Source: Octopus vulgaris (lineage: Eukaryota). Taken from it: a stretch of 64,000 bases of DNA. A model generated the notes under the pieces. That model did not search any database, had not been told where the DNA came from, and saw only the letters and a program-made list of their open reading frames with translations. The stretch covers positions 74,896,001 through 74,960,000 of the forward strand of contig OX597831.1 in NCBI GenBank assembly GCA_951406725.2. The letters are read 5' to 3'. A program made the translations under genes and the position numbers. Positions 27,975 through 39,685 of this stretch are shown here, piece after piece. Every line of letters begins with the position of its first letter. The stretch's first letter is position 1.

Positions 27975-28390
27975 AATTTAAAATTAGGATAAAATCTTTA
28001 TAAGAATTTATCAAGTAGTCAGTGGGAAAAAACTTCATAAGGGAAAAATTATAATTAATCCCTTTAAATATATTTATTTATATGAAGGGCATTACTACAC
28101 ATAAATGCCTCACACTATGAAGGACTTTTAAAGTCAAAACTTTAAGAGACCTTCATATATTGATTTTTGTTCATTTTTATGTGTCTTGATTATGCATGCA
28201 CTGACGATTAAAAAGTACATTTTGTGCACTAATTATGAAATCATATGATCTGCGGCTGAATCTCTTTTTAAGGAGCTCGCTTCAAGAGTTGCATTTCCTC
28301 ATGTTCGGTACACTGTATTTATTATGGTAATTTTGACTTTAAGAATCCCTCATAGTGTAAGGCATTTATGTATAGTAATGCCCTTCAGAT
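27975..28390. mobile_element. Fold-back pLTR-like element (arms ~28081-28140 / 28330-28390); related fragment at 26383-26580
   Basis: gaagggcattactacacataaatgcc...aaagtcaaaa versus ttttgacttt...ggcatttatgtatagtaatgcccttc; hammerhead lies between the arms. Confidence 0.7.
28196..28255 (+). ncRNA. Type-I hammerhead ribozyme motif (weak stem II)
   Basis: GCA-CTGACGA-...gtaca ttt tgtgc...-GAAA-TCATATGA-TC-TGC; palindromic stem III, AUC site. Confidence 0.65.
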
Positions 28391-28429
<39 letters not shown>

Positions 28430-28431
<2 letters not shown>

Positions 28432-28675
28432 GTTCAAATTTACAGAAAACAAAAGACGAAAACAGGTGAAGAAATAACAAGCAGGTGTATTAGTTTAAAA
28501 CTCAGGAAGAATAGAAATGTCTTTTACATTTCGAGGCTATGCTCTTCGACAGAAAGGATTAAGAGGAAAAGAAACTGAGAGAGAATTTTAAAAAACAGAG
28601 AGAGAAAAAATGTACAAAGTTCCACAGGTTAACTTGAGAAGAAGACTGGGAAAAAAAGAGGCTGAATGAAAGAGA

Positions 28676-28711
<36 letters not shown>

Positions 28712-30165
28712 TTGTCTTGGTATAAAAGATGGGCTACAGCAAATATTCTTTTCAATACCACAGATTTGCTTGTCAGTTGTTTGACCTTAACCAGTTGAGC
28801 ATGTCCCTCAGTGGCTGACGATATGTACATCTCTGATCACGAGCAGAAGTAGTTGGGGAGCATCATAGCCATGTGTTGAGAGGGATTCTTTGGGGTTTGA
28901 ATAATTCCCCTCTGGAAACATGGGTGTTTCATTCAACATCCTTAAACAACCCTTAATCAGGGACCTTTTGAGTGGGATGGGTTACCCGACCAGAAGAAAA
29001 TTCTGACTGGGCCCCACCCGCAAGGTCATGCGCTATTTATTTTGCTATGAGATCACCATGTCGTGCACATATGGTTGTGATGCATGTGCCTGGTGTACCC
29101 TTATCAGACAGGTAGTCATGATGGGTATACTGGGTTTCGTATATTTTACCCTAATGTCACTTTGATGGCATGCACTGCTCTCTCAATAATAATGATAACA
29201 GTGACCCAAATTAACTAAGGTGTGCAAGTGCATGTGTGTATGTGAGAATGGTGTGTGTGAATGGAGGTGAGTGTGTGAGTACGTGTGTGGGGGTATGCGT
29301 CTGTGTGCACATGCGTGTATGGATGTGTGTGTGTGTATATATTGTCTGTGTTCAGGTATTATGTGCTTGTGTGGGTGTGGGAGTGTGCATGATGTTGGTG
29401 TGTGTACTGAGTTAAACAGTGTGTGGGGTTGTTCATATAGTGGTATGTATGGTGATGGTATTGAAGATTGTGTGGAGGTGTGCGGATGTGTGGATAACGG
29501 TGTGGGGTGTGGGTGCTGAGAAGTGTTTTGTACTATTGTGTATGGAATGGGAAGGTGTTTGTGGGTGGGTGTGTAATGGTGTATGAGGTGAGTAATGAGT
29601 TGAGCAGTGTGTATGGGTGTTTGTAAAGTGGTGGTGTGTGGTGAGGGTACCAAGGTAGATAGTATGCAGGTGTGTAGGTGGCAGGTGTGTGGGAAATCTG
29701 TGTGGGGTTATGTCAGATGAAGAGAGGCAGATTAATTCTTGTCCACAGCAAAGGCAGGAGTCTGGGTGGCCCCTGTGCAGAGACAGTTCAAACACAGACA
29801 GATGTTGTAGCGAATGACTGGTAGAGCAGAAGTGGGGCAAGACCAGGGTATTATCGCCGAGTCAGATGTCTCGGAGGTGCTCCACGAACTAGTCAGCCAA
29901 GCAGCATCCCATCTGACCAATGTACAGGGAAGGACAGAGAGAGCAGGAGATGCAGTAAATAACATTACATGAGGTGCAGGTAAAGGAGTCAGTGATGTGA
30001 TAAGGATGATGATGGGTGTTAGTGAGGATAGTGGTGTTGGAGAGGCAGGGGTAGGTGTGACAGCATGGGCAAGAGTAGGGGAAGGAGCCAGGCTGAGAGG
30101 CAGGGGTAGAGAAGAAACTGTGGACAGGGAGGTCATGCAGATTTTAAGTTTCCAGGATTCAAACA
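28430..30165 (-). mobile_element. Penelope-like element remnant: GIY-YIG region (29690-30165), TG-rich tract and pLTR with hammerhead motif (28521-28556)
   Basis: 29690-30140 is homologous to the endonuclease region of 60540-61000; 28430-28560 matches pLTR copies at 38900-39050 and 60020-60126. Confidence 0.75.
28710..29185. mobile_element. Unclassified (TAA)n-embedded repeat inserted in the Penelope remnant
   Basis: Homologous to 19998-20398; (TAA)n on both sides. Confidence 0.75.
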
Positions 30166-30672
30166 AATCAGGTCCTTAAATACTAAAACACCAAGGTAAG
30201 GTCAGCAATACTGCTATTGTTTACAAAACAACGTTTGAAGGCAGATAGGTACTTATTAAAGTAAACGCAGATTTGTACTCCAGTTGTGATTACAATCACA
30301 AATACCAGACTAGACATATAACGAGTCTTCAAGGCTGCACATGGGTACCAACACTGCACCCATTATACTGCACTCAGTAGATTCAAGATCCAAGTGAATA
30401 GCAGGTACTGAGTTAGATGAATGATAATACACCGGGCTTCTTTCAGTTTCCATCTTCTAAATCCATGGATAAGACCTTGGTTGGCTGAAAGCTTTAGTAA
30501 AAGACATTTGCCCAAGATGCCATGCAGTGGGACTGAACTCAGAACCTCGTGGTTGAGAAGCAAGCTTCTTACCGCACAGCCACAATGCACCTGTACTTCT
30601 AAACAAGCTTATAGTTAAACCTATATACATATATAGATATAGATACGTATGTGTGCATGTGTGTGTGTATGT

Positions 30673-30747
<75 letters not shown>

Positions 30748-31267
30748 GAGAATAACAGAGGAAGGAAAAGAGACACACACACACATGTACACACACCTTC
30801 ATACACATCTACCAACATACACACATATACATCGTTAGTCGCAATTTTAATTGCATGTTTACAAGAACTACTAATCAATTTCTTTCCCCTTTCTAACCAT
30901 TTTTATTTTTTTCCTAAGAACCATGTCTATTTATTTTGAAAGTTCTCTCATATTTTTGCGAAAATATTTCCCTTCAAGATAAAACCACCAATATATATAT
31001 TGCCAACTTGAACTATTCATCAACTTCTTTTTTATCATCATCATCATCATCATCATCATAATCATCATATTATTGTTATTGTTATTATTATTATTATCAT
31101 TATTATTGTTATTATTGTTGTTGTTACTACATTTTTTGTTTTGTAATTTCAAATTAGGTTGTAATTCGTCTTCCAGTTTTTTCTTGTTAAAATCATCATC
31201 ATCATCATCATCATCAGTATCATCATTATTGTTGTTGTTATTGTAGTTGTCGTATACTTGCTGTTGC

Positions 31268-31300
<33 letters not shown>

Positions 31301-31574
31301 TATCATTGTTGTTATCATTATCATTATAATGATAATAACTATTATTGTTATTCATCCATCATTAGGTTGTAAGTTCAAGTTCAGCCGAGGTCATCTTTGC
31401 CTTTCATCCTATCGGGGATCAATGAAACAAGGAACAGTCAAGCAATAAAGTCGATGTAATCAACTGATCCCTTTCCCAGAATTTCTGGCCTTGTGCCTAT
31501 GGGGAAAAGGATTATCGTTATTATTTTTAATAATAAATCTCTGAGCGAGGTATAAACAGTAACTGCATGACATC

Positions 31575-32207
31575 GAGGAGTTTATTTGCCAGCTAAATGT
31601 GGCTAACCCGTAAGGGTTGGTGCTATTGCAGCTTGTAGACCCAAGAAGACATCTCTTCCTGCTGGCTATTGACACACTCTCTGTGACCTATCAGTATTTG
31701 CAAAGGGAAGTCATCGTCCCCATCTCCAGCCTGACGTGATACACACGGACCCGGGTTTCTGAGTTTTGACTCATCATCAGCATGTGACAACCACTGGTTG
31801 GCGATGTGAAGTGGTTCCCAATGCAAATAAATATACTTTTTCCAGTAGCCCCAGGTAGACATCTCCCCCAGCTGCCTATTGACACACTGTCTGTGCCCTA
31901 TCAGTATCTGCAAAGGGAAGTCATCCATCCCCGTCTCCAGCCTGACGTGATACACATGGAGCCGAGTTTCTGGATATTGATGCCGCCAACACTGACAACA
32001 CTGATGACGAGTCAATAAACCCAGAAATCCGGATCCATGTGTATCACATTAGGCTGGAGATGGGAATGAGGACTTCCCTTTGCAAATACTGATAGGGCAA
32101 AGATAGTGTGTCAGTAGCCAGCTGGAGAAGATGTCTTCCTGGGGCAACAAGCTATAGTACCATCAACTCTTAAGGGTTAGCCACATTTAGGTGGCAAATC
32201 TACTTCA
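31575..32207. mobile_element. Fold-back element (arms ~31575-31780 / 32001-32207) with an internal third partial unit (31845-31980)
   Basis: tttgccagctaaatgtggctaaccc versus gggttagccacatttaggtggcaaa; ctatcagtatttgcaaagggaagtc versus gacttccctttgcaaatactgatag. Confidence 0.85.
31742..31786 (-). ncRNA. Intact minimal type-I hammerhead ribozyme
   Basis: Minus strand CACATG-CTGATGA-TGAGT CAAA ACTCA-GAAA-CCCGGG-TC-CGTGTG: 6 bp stem I (one G-U), 5 bp stem II, palindromic stem III, GUC site. Confidence 0.85.
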
Positions 32208-32443
32208 CAATTATTATTTTTGTTATTAAGGAATTGGAGAGTACACTTGTTCCTGGGGTTTCAGGGAAATCTCGGACAGTGGGGTTCCTCGATTATCCCT
32301 AGTGGCCTTCCTGTATCAGGAGAGCCACATCTCTGTCATCCTCTCCACCACATTTTTTTTTGTTTAATCCTTTGTATGCAATGCTTATGTCCCTTCTTTT
32401 TCAGTGTAGGCTCTGTGTACTTATTTTATTTCTTTAATTTTTT

Positions 32444-33225
32444 GGATCTTTTCCTTTTGAACGGCACATGTCAACACAATTTCTAGTTAACTAAACACTT
32501 TTAAACTTCGTATACTGGTAGAATGTGCTTATAAAACATCATTTTTTCTTGGCTTTATTGAGAAAATTCTATAGTTTTTAAGATATTTCGTCTGAAATTT
32601 CAAGCATTTCGGCAATTTTAACCAATCACTGACCTCCATTTGGGGTGAAAACATTCCGTTCTGTATGAATATGTCCCTCATTTAAGAAACAGATTGGGTT
32701 TATTTACATTTGCGAAGAAAACAAGATACCCTTCCCCCACCCCTAACCCTAACCCTAAATCTAAAATAGATTGAAATGCAATAGATCGATACTAGGGTTA
32801 TAATTATGGGTGACAATTTCATGCGACACCGCTACGGAAAATGGGATTTTTTTCTATCGGTGTCAAATGAAAATGTCACCCATAATTATAACCCTAGTAT
32901 CAATCTATTGCATTTCAATCTATTTTAGATTTAGGGTTAGAGTTAGGGGTGGGGGAAGGGTATCTTTTTTTCTTCGCAAATGTAAATAAACCCAACCTGT
33001 TTCTTAAACGAGGGACATATTCATACAGCACGGAATGTTTCCACCCCAAATGGAGGTCAGCGATTGGTTAAAATTGCCGAAATGCTCGAAATTTCAGACG
33101 AAATATCTTAAAAACTATAGAATTTTCGCAATAAAGCCAAGAAAAAAATGATGTTTTATAAACACATTCTACCAGTATACGAAGTTTAATTGTGTTGACA
33201 TGTGCCGTTCAAAAGGAAAAGATCG
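32444..33225. mobile_element. Long-TIR fold-back DNA element (Mutator-like MITE?)
   Basis: ~370 bp arms starting GATCTTTTCCTTTTGAACGGCAC and ending GTGCCGTTCAAAAGGAAAAGATC, ~27 bp loop; aatttttt on both flanks as possible TSD. Confidence 0.85.
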
Positions 33226-33349
33226 AATTTTTTTTTATAATTTCATTACATGTAAACCCCAACCCTTTACATTTGTCTTTGTATTATCCCCCTCAGCCTT
33301 CACCTTGTGGCAAATAAATGAAATTATTATTGTTGTTATTATTATTATT

Positions 33350-33685
33350 ATTCTATGTTTGACTTTTGCTTTATATTTGTACAAGTTGGCTCCAAGTCTC
33401 ACCCAGAGACCTCAAGAGACCACAGGTTGGAAGTTCACGTTGTTGTTATGCCTAGTTTGCCATATATTTGGTTTTGTATTTAGTGTTGTACTAGTGGATG
33501 TCTAAAAAAAAAAATGCTTGTTTTAAACCTTGAGATTACATAGAAAGTATTTTGCGTAGGATATGAGCACTATCTTTTGAATTTCTGCCATTTTGGGGTT
33601 TCCTGGTATCTGAGTTAGGTAGCAATCAGCCCCTTTTGCTATCATTTCCAAGGCACCTATGACAACAGGTATTGTTTTAGTCATT
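33350..33685 (-). mobile_element. RLE-type LINE extreme 3' end
   Basis: Minus strand encodes TIPVVIGALEMI...EIQKIVL, parallel to the C-terminus of 20998-21237; embedded in (TAA/CAA)n. Confidence 0.7.
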
Positions 33686-33954
33686 ATTATTGTTGTTGTT
33701 GTTGTTGTTATTAAAAAGGCAGCAAGCTGACAGAATCATTAGCACGCCACACAATGTGCTTAGAAGTATTTCATCTGCTGCAACGTTTTAAGTTCAAATT
33801 CTGCCGACGTCGACTTTGCCTTTCATCCTTTCGGGGTCAATGAATGAAGTACCAGTTGCACACTGGGGTCAATGTGATCGGCTATCACCCCTGCCCCACA
33901 AAATCCAGGCCTTGTGCCTGTAGTAGAAATGATTATTATTATAGAAATGTGTGA

Positions 33955-34290
33955 AGGCACATGGTTCAGTGGTTAGATCGTCGAGCTTACGATCGTGAGG
34001 TTGTGAGTTTGAATCCCAGACCGAGCTGCGTGTTGTGTTCTTGAGCAAGACACTTTATTTCACATTGCACTAGTTCACTCAGTTGTAGAAATGAGTTGCA
34101 ACATCACTGGTGCCAAGCTGTATCGGCCCCTTTGCCTTTCCCTTGGATAACACTGGTGGCATGGAGAGGGGAGGCTGGTATGAATGGGCGACTGCTGCTC
34201 TTCCATAAACAACCTCGCCCAGACTTGTGCCTTGGGTGGGTAACTTTCTAGGTACAATCCCATGGTCAGTCATGACCGAAGGGGTCTCAG
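33955..34290 (+). mobile_element. tRNA-headed SINE family C (copy on minus strand 59558-59882; relatives 37853-38100 and 38186-38480)
   Basis: Head atggttcagtggttag...gagtttgaatccc; core ttgtgttcttgagcaagacactt; tail catgaccgaaggggtc. Confidence 0.8.
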
Positions 34291-34294
34291 CATG

Positions 34295-34332
<38 letters not shown>

Positions 34333-35322
34333 CATTATTATTATTATCATCATCATAATCATCATCATCATCATCATTATTATTATTATTATTTGTGATG
34401 GTGAATTGACAGAATTGTGAGAGTATTGGATAAAGGGCTTTGTGGTATTTATTCCAGCTCTTCATATTTTGAGTTCAAAACCTGCTGAGGTCAATTTAGC
34501 TTCTCATCCTTCATGGGGTTCATACAACAAAGTACTTGTCAAGTACTGGGCTCAATGTGTGCATGTGTGTGTGTGTGCTCACTCGTGTGCACACATGCAT
34601 CTGTGTATGAAATCATGTGGCCTAATTGGTAGAATGTCACACTTATGATTGACACTCCATTCAGGAGGAATGTTGTCATTTTGGTCATTTATATGCTATG
34701 GAAACAAAGCATCAGAACGCAGGGGCTGGAGTCAGTCCTGCCTCTCCTCAGTTCAAAGATTTGACCAAAGTTAACTCCAGCATCGGGACCAACTTCATGC
34801 AAAGCATGAAGGCATGTTGGCAAAACGCTGCTCCTCCAAATGAAAACCATTGTGGTTTTGTAGCATGGAGCAAAGTAGGCATGGCTGTCCACTCAAGAAA
34901 ACACATAGTAAATGATCCACAAGCAAACTGAGGCCTCAACTTATTCCATTTACCAAAAGGTTTGCAAGGCACCAACAGGCCTCAAGAGACACATTCTTGT
35001 CAAGAGAACATGATTATCTCTTTATTTTACTGAACTCTCCTTCGTCGTTGACAATGAGAGAATCCATCATATCGGAGTGGTTGGCGTTAGGAAGGGCATC
35101 CAGCTGTAGAAACACTGCCAGATCAGACTGGGCCTGGTGCAGCCTTCTGGCTTCCCAGACCCCAGTTGAACCGTCCAACTCATGCCAGCATGGAAAGTGG
35201 ACGTTAAATGATGATGATAATGATGATGATGATATGGCTGGAGTTTATCAGGGAATCATGAAATGGCACGTAGTCGGGTTCGTTGGAATGTTTTCTTGAA
35301 AATATTTAATTCATGCATATTT

Positions 35323-35408
35323 TCACCTGATGAAACGTTTTTTTTTTCTACATGATGTAATAACTCTATCCATCTATAAAAAAACCGTATCTGAAACAGC
35401 TGTAGTGA
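35323..35408 (+). ncRNA. Type-I hammerhead ribozyme motif with long stem II
   Basis: TCAC-CTGATGA-aACG(T)n...(A)n CCGTatct-GAAA-CAGCTG-TA-GTGA; palindromic stem III, GUA site. Confidence 0.7.
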
Positions 35409-35687
35409 GTGAACCACAATCCATCTGTCGATATTTGCTTATATTTATGTATGTATGTATATATATATGTATGTATGTCTCTTCTATTTTTTAATTATGT
35501 ATGTATAAATGTATGTATGTATGTATGTATGTATGTATGTATGTATGTATGTATGTATGTATGTGTATATATATATGTATGTATGTGTGTATGTATGTAT
35601 GTGTATGTATGTATATGAGTATGAATGCAGGTACGTATACCAATATATATGCATGTATAATTGTTGCATATATATATATAAATACAT

Positions 35688-35723
<36 letters not shown>

Positions 35724-36129
35724 ACACATACACACAAACACAGACACACTCACACACACCATTATACTCACATATATAAAAAAGAGAAAGAGAGAGTGAG
35801 CGAGAGTTGGTTATTACATCTTTTCTTTTTCTGCTCAAGCTTTCTCTCTCCGTTTCTCTCTCTCTCTCTCTCTCTTTCTCACCTGCTCTGTCTGTCTGTC
35901 TGTCTCCCCTCTCTCTCTCTGTTTCCTCTGTCTCTCTCTCTCTCTCTCTGTTTCCTCTGTCTCTCTCTCTCTCTCTCTCTCATTTCCTTTTGGCAAAACA
36001 CATTTAATCCACCTCTCCCCCCCACCTCCACTCCACACACAACACCTACATCACAGTTTAACTTTTTTTTTTTTTTCAACACTGATGGCAAACACTATTA
36101 AAAGAACATTGAACCCAATAACGACAGTA

Positions 36130-36570
36130 CAGCTGTTGTTGTTGTTGGTGGTGGTGGTGGTGGTGATGGTGTGGTGATGACGATGACAATGATGATGATG
36201 ATGATGATCATCATCATCATCATCATCATATTGGTGGTGGTGAGGATGATGATAATGATGACGATGTTGGTGGTGGTGATGATGATGATGATGGCGATGA
36301 CGATGACAATGATGATGATGATGATGGTCATCATCATCATCATCATGTTGGTGGTGGTGGTAGTGGTGGTGGTGGTGGTAGTGGTGGTGGTGGTGGTAGT
36401 GGTGGTGGTGGTGGTGGTGGTGGTGGTAGTGGTGGTGGTGGTGGTAGTGGTGGTGGTGGTGGTAGTGGTGGTGGTGGTGGTAGTGGTGGTGGTGGTGGTA
36501 GTGGTGGTGGTGGTGGTAGTGGTGGTGGTGGTGGTAGTGGTGGTGGTGGTGGTAGTGGTGGTGGTGGTGA
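36130..36570. repeat. (GAT)n/(CAT)n and (GGT)n array with a (GGT)5-AGT period
   Basis: Direct inspection. Confidence 0.95.
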
Positions 36571-36924
36571 CAGCAGCAACAATAATGAGTCAAGAGGAAA
36601 TGATGATAAATACGGAATTCCATAACAAAACTAATATAATCTTCCATAAGAAGTACACACACACACACACACACATTCATACACATACGCGCATACATAC
36701 ACATATATACACTCACATACACATACCCACATTCACGCATACACACAGACATGCATATTTAAGTTGTTTATAAGCATTTACATACAGACAGACACACTGA
36801 CACACATAGATATGGATACATATACTCACACATACGCACATGTATTAGCACGCGTAGACATAGACACGTGCAGACACAAGCACACATATACACACAGGCA
36901 TACATACACAAACACACACACATA

Positions 36925-37246
36925 CACACAAATTTATAGAAACCTGAACATATACAAACGCATACATAGATACACACACAAACACCTGCACAGACACACA
37001 CACATAGACACACACACACAAGCACACACACACATACAAACTTATAGAAACCTGAACATACACAAACACATGCACAGACACACCCACATAGACACACAAA
37101 CACACACACACACATACGCACATACAAACTTATAGCAACCTGAACATACACAAACACACACATAGAAACACATAGACACACACACACACACACATACACA
37201 CACATACAAACTTATAGAAACCTGAACATACACAAACACACACATA

Positions 37247-37287
<41 letters not shown>

Positions 37288-37560
37288 ACACATACAAACT
37301 TTTAGAAATCTGAACATACACAAATACACACATAAACACACACACACATAGAAACACATAGACACACACACATACACACACACATATACATACAAACTTA
37401 TAGAAACCTGAACATACACAAACACACACATAGACACATGCACACACACATAGACACACACACACACACAAACACACATACACACACACACATACAAACT
37501 TATAGAAACCTGAACATTCACAAATACACACATAAACACACACATTCACAAATACACACA
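36925..37560. repeat. Minisatellite: 7 copies of CAAACTTATAGAAACCTGAACA separated by variable CA-rich tracts
   Basis: Copies near 36929, 37037, 37126, 37207, 37295, 37393 and 37495. Confidence 0.9.
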
Positions 37561-38795
37561 TAAACACACACACACACATACACAAACATGCACACACAAG
37601 TACACATTCACACACATAGACAATCCCAGACACCCACACGAAGTTTTCTATTTCCAATCTTCCTATCTCTTCACCAAATATCTGCAGAACCTTTTGAGCA
37701 AGAATAATTAGTATTGAGACGAAGGGTTGGGTGGGGCGTTTAATTTGAAATTTCTTCATTTCTGTGAGTTTCCAGAACATGTCTCAAATCTTGTGTATCC
37801 AATCTTTGATCTGCTTACCTTATTTTGGTCATTTGTAATCATTTGATTACATGGAGGCGCATGGCTTAGTGGTTAGGGTGTCAGCATCATGATTGTAAGA
37901 TTGTGGTTTCGATTCCTGGACTGGGCGACGCGTTGTGTTCTTGAGCAAAACACTTCATTTCACGTTGCTCCAGTCCACTCAGCTGGCAAAAATGAGTAAT
38001 GCTGTGATGGACTGGCATCCTGTCCAGCTGGGGAACACATACGCCATAGAAACTGAGAAACCGGGCCCATGAGCCTGGCTAGGCTTTAAAAAGGGCGCAT
38101 TTATTATTATATTAATGTATTGATTACAGGGGTCAAGTTACCATATTGGTTATGTGGTCAGGTATGTTATTTTGGTCAATGGGTGAAGGTACATGGCTTA
38201 TTGGGTAGAGTGTTTGGCATACTGTCATAAGGCTGTGAGTTCAATACCCAGTGGCACACACTGTCCTTGAGCAAGATACTTTATTTCATGCTGCCCCACT
38301 TTACTCACCTGACAAAAATGAAGCGTACCTGTAATTCAGAGGAGCAGCCATGACACATTCTGTGTCATGCCGAATCTTCCTGAGAAATATCTAAAGGGTA
38401 TGCATGTCTGTGGAGTACTCAGCCACTTGTATGTTAATTTCACAAGCTGGCTGTTCTGTTGATCAGATCGAATGGAACACTCATTTAGGTGCCCATGCTG
38501 GAGGCACATAAAAAGCCCCATTTGAGTGTGGTCGATGCCAGTGCCATCCCTGACTAGCTCCTGTGCTAGTGGTACATAAAAATCACCTGCTACACATTCG
38601 GAGTGGTCGGAGTGGTTGGTGTAGAAACTTTGCCTGATAAGACTGGAACCTGGTGCATCCTCCCGGCTTGACAGTCCCAAGTCAAACTATCCAACCCATG
38701 CCAGCATGGAAAGTAAATGCTAAATGATGATGATGATTTTATATATATATATTTATATAATATATATATATATATATATACATGTATATATATAC

Positions 38796-38834
<39 letters not shown>

Positions 38835-38922
38835 TGTATATATATAGTATATATGTATATATAAATGTGTGTGTGTGTAACCTTTTATAATTTTCTTTCT
38901 CTGTGTTTATTTTCTTGTGTTC

Positions 38923-38958
38923 CTTTCTGTCGAAGAGCGTAGGCTCGAAACGTAAAAG
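38923..38958 (+). ncRNA. Minimal Penelope-type hammerhead motif in a solo pLTR (~38890-39052)
   Basis: CTTT-CTGTCGA-A-GAGC GTAG GCTC-GAAA-CG-TA-AAAG; stem III reduced to the ACGT palindrome; the core has T at the usual A6. Confidence 0.65.
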
Positions 38959-39052
38959 ACTTTCTCACATCCTGAGCATTAAACTAATACATCTGTTTGT
39001 TGTTTACACACCCATCTTCATCTTTTGTTTACTTTATTTTTTTTGTAAATTC

Positions 39053-39570
39053 TAAACAAATTGAAGGCATGGCTGCTCTCGACTATTGGGATCGCCTTAA
39101 AGCCTTGAAACTTTACTCCCTCCAGCGTCGCCGTGAGCGGTACATCATTTGTACGATGTGGAAAATATACCGCCAACTTTGCCCAAACGACCTAAACATT
39201 AGCTTCAAGGTTCATCCGAGACTTGGACCACGGGCTATACGTCCCCTGCCAAATTCAAGATCACAACATACATGTACACTGCAACATAATTTCTTTTCCT
39301 CAACAGGCCCTGCCCTATTTAACATTGTCCCGAGGGAGATCAAAGAGGAAAAGGATCCCATCAACTTCAAACATAGTCTGGATAGATTCCTTCAAAGAAT
39401 ACCAGACAAGCCACCCATAATTGGATACAACTCACCCAACAAGAACTCACTACTTGAACAAAACTTGACTTAAACAGGATTCGAATAATCCTATCAGGTG
39501 GTGCTATTAAGTTAGACATGGCCTGGACCAATCTCTGGTCGAAACATATCTAAGTTTTATCTAAGTTTTA
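39053..39570 (+). mobile_element. CR1-like LINE 3' fragment
   Basis: YWDRLKALKLYSLQRRRERY...LFNIVP...FKHSLDRFLQRIPDKP; ends in a tctaagtttta repeat. Confidence 0.85.
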
Positions 39571-39652
39571 TATATATACATATATATATACATACATACA
39601 TACATATATATGTGTGTATGTACATATATGTATATATACATATATATATCTA

Positions 39653-39684
<32 letters not shown>

Positions 39685-39685
<1 letters not shown>

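Noticed and set aside
32735-32950. Telomere or fusion site
   Set aside because: Only 2-3 units, inside the arms of a fold-back element.
34150-34290. HDV-like or twister ribozyme in the SINE C tail
   Set aside because: I could not assign the required nested pseudoknot pairings by eye.
34689-34975. Overlapping short ORFs in non-repetitive sequence
   Set aside because: No recognisable domain or splice signals.
36925-37560. CRISPR-like array of a 22 nt repeat
   Set aside because: Spacers are related CA-microsatellite tracts of variable length, there are no cas genes, and the context is eukaryotic.
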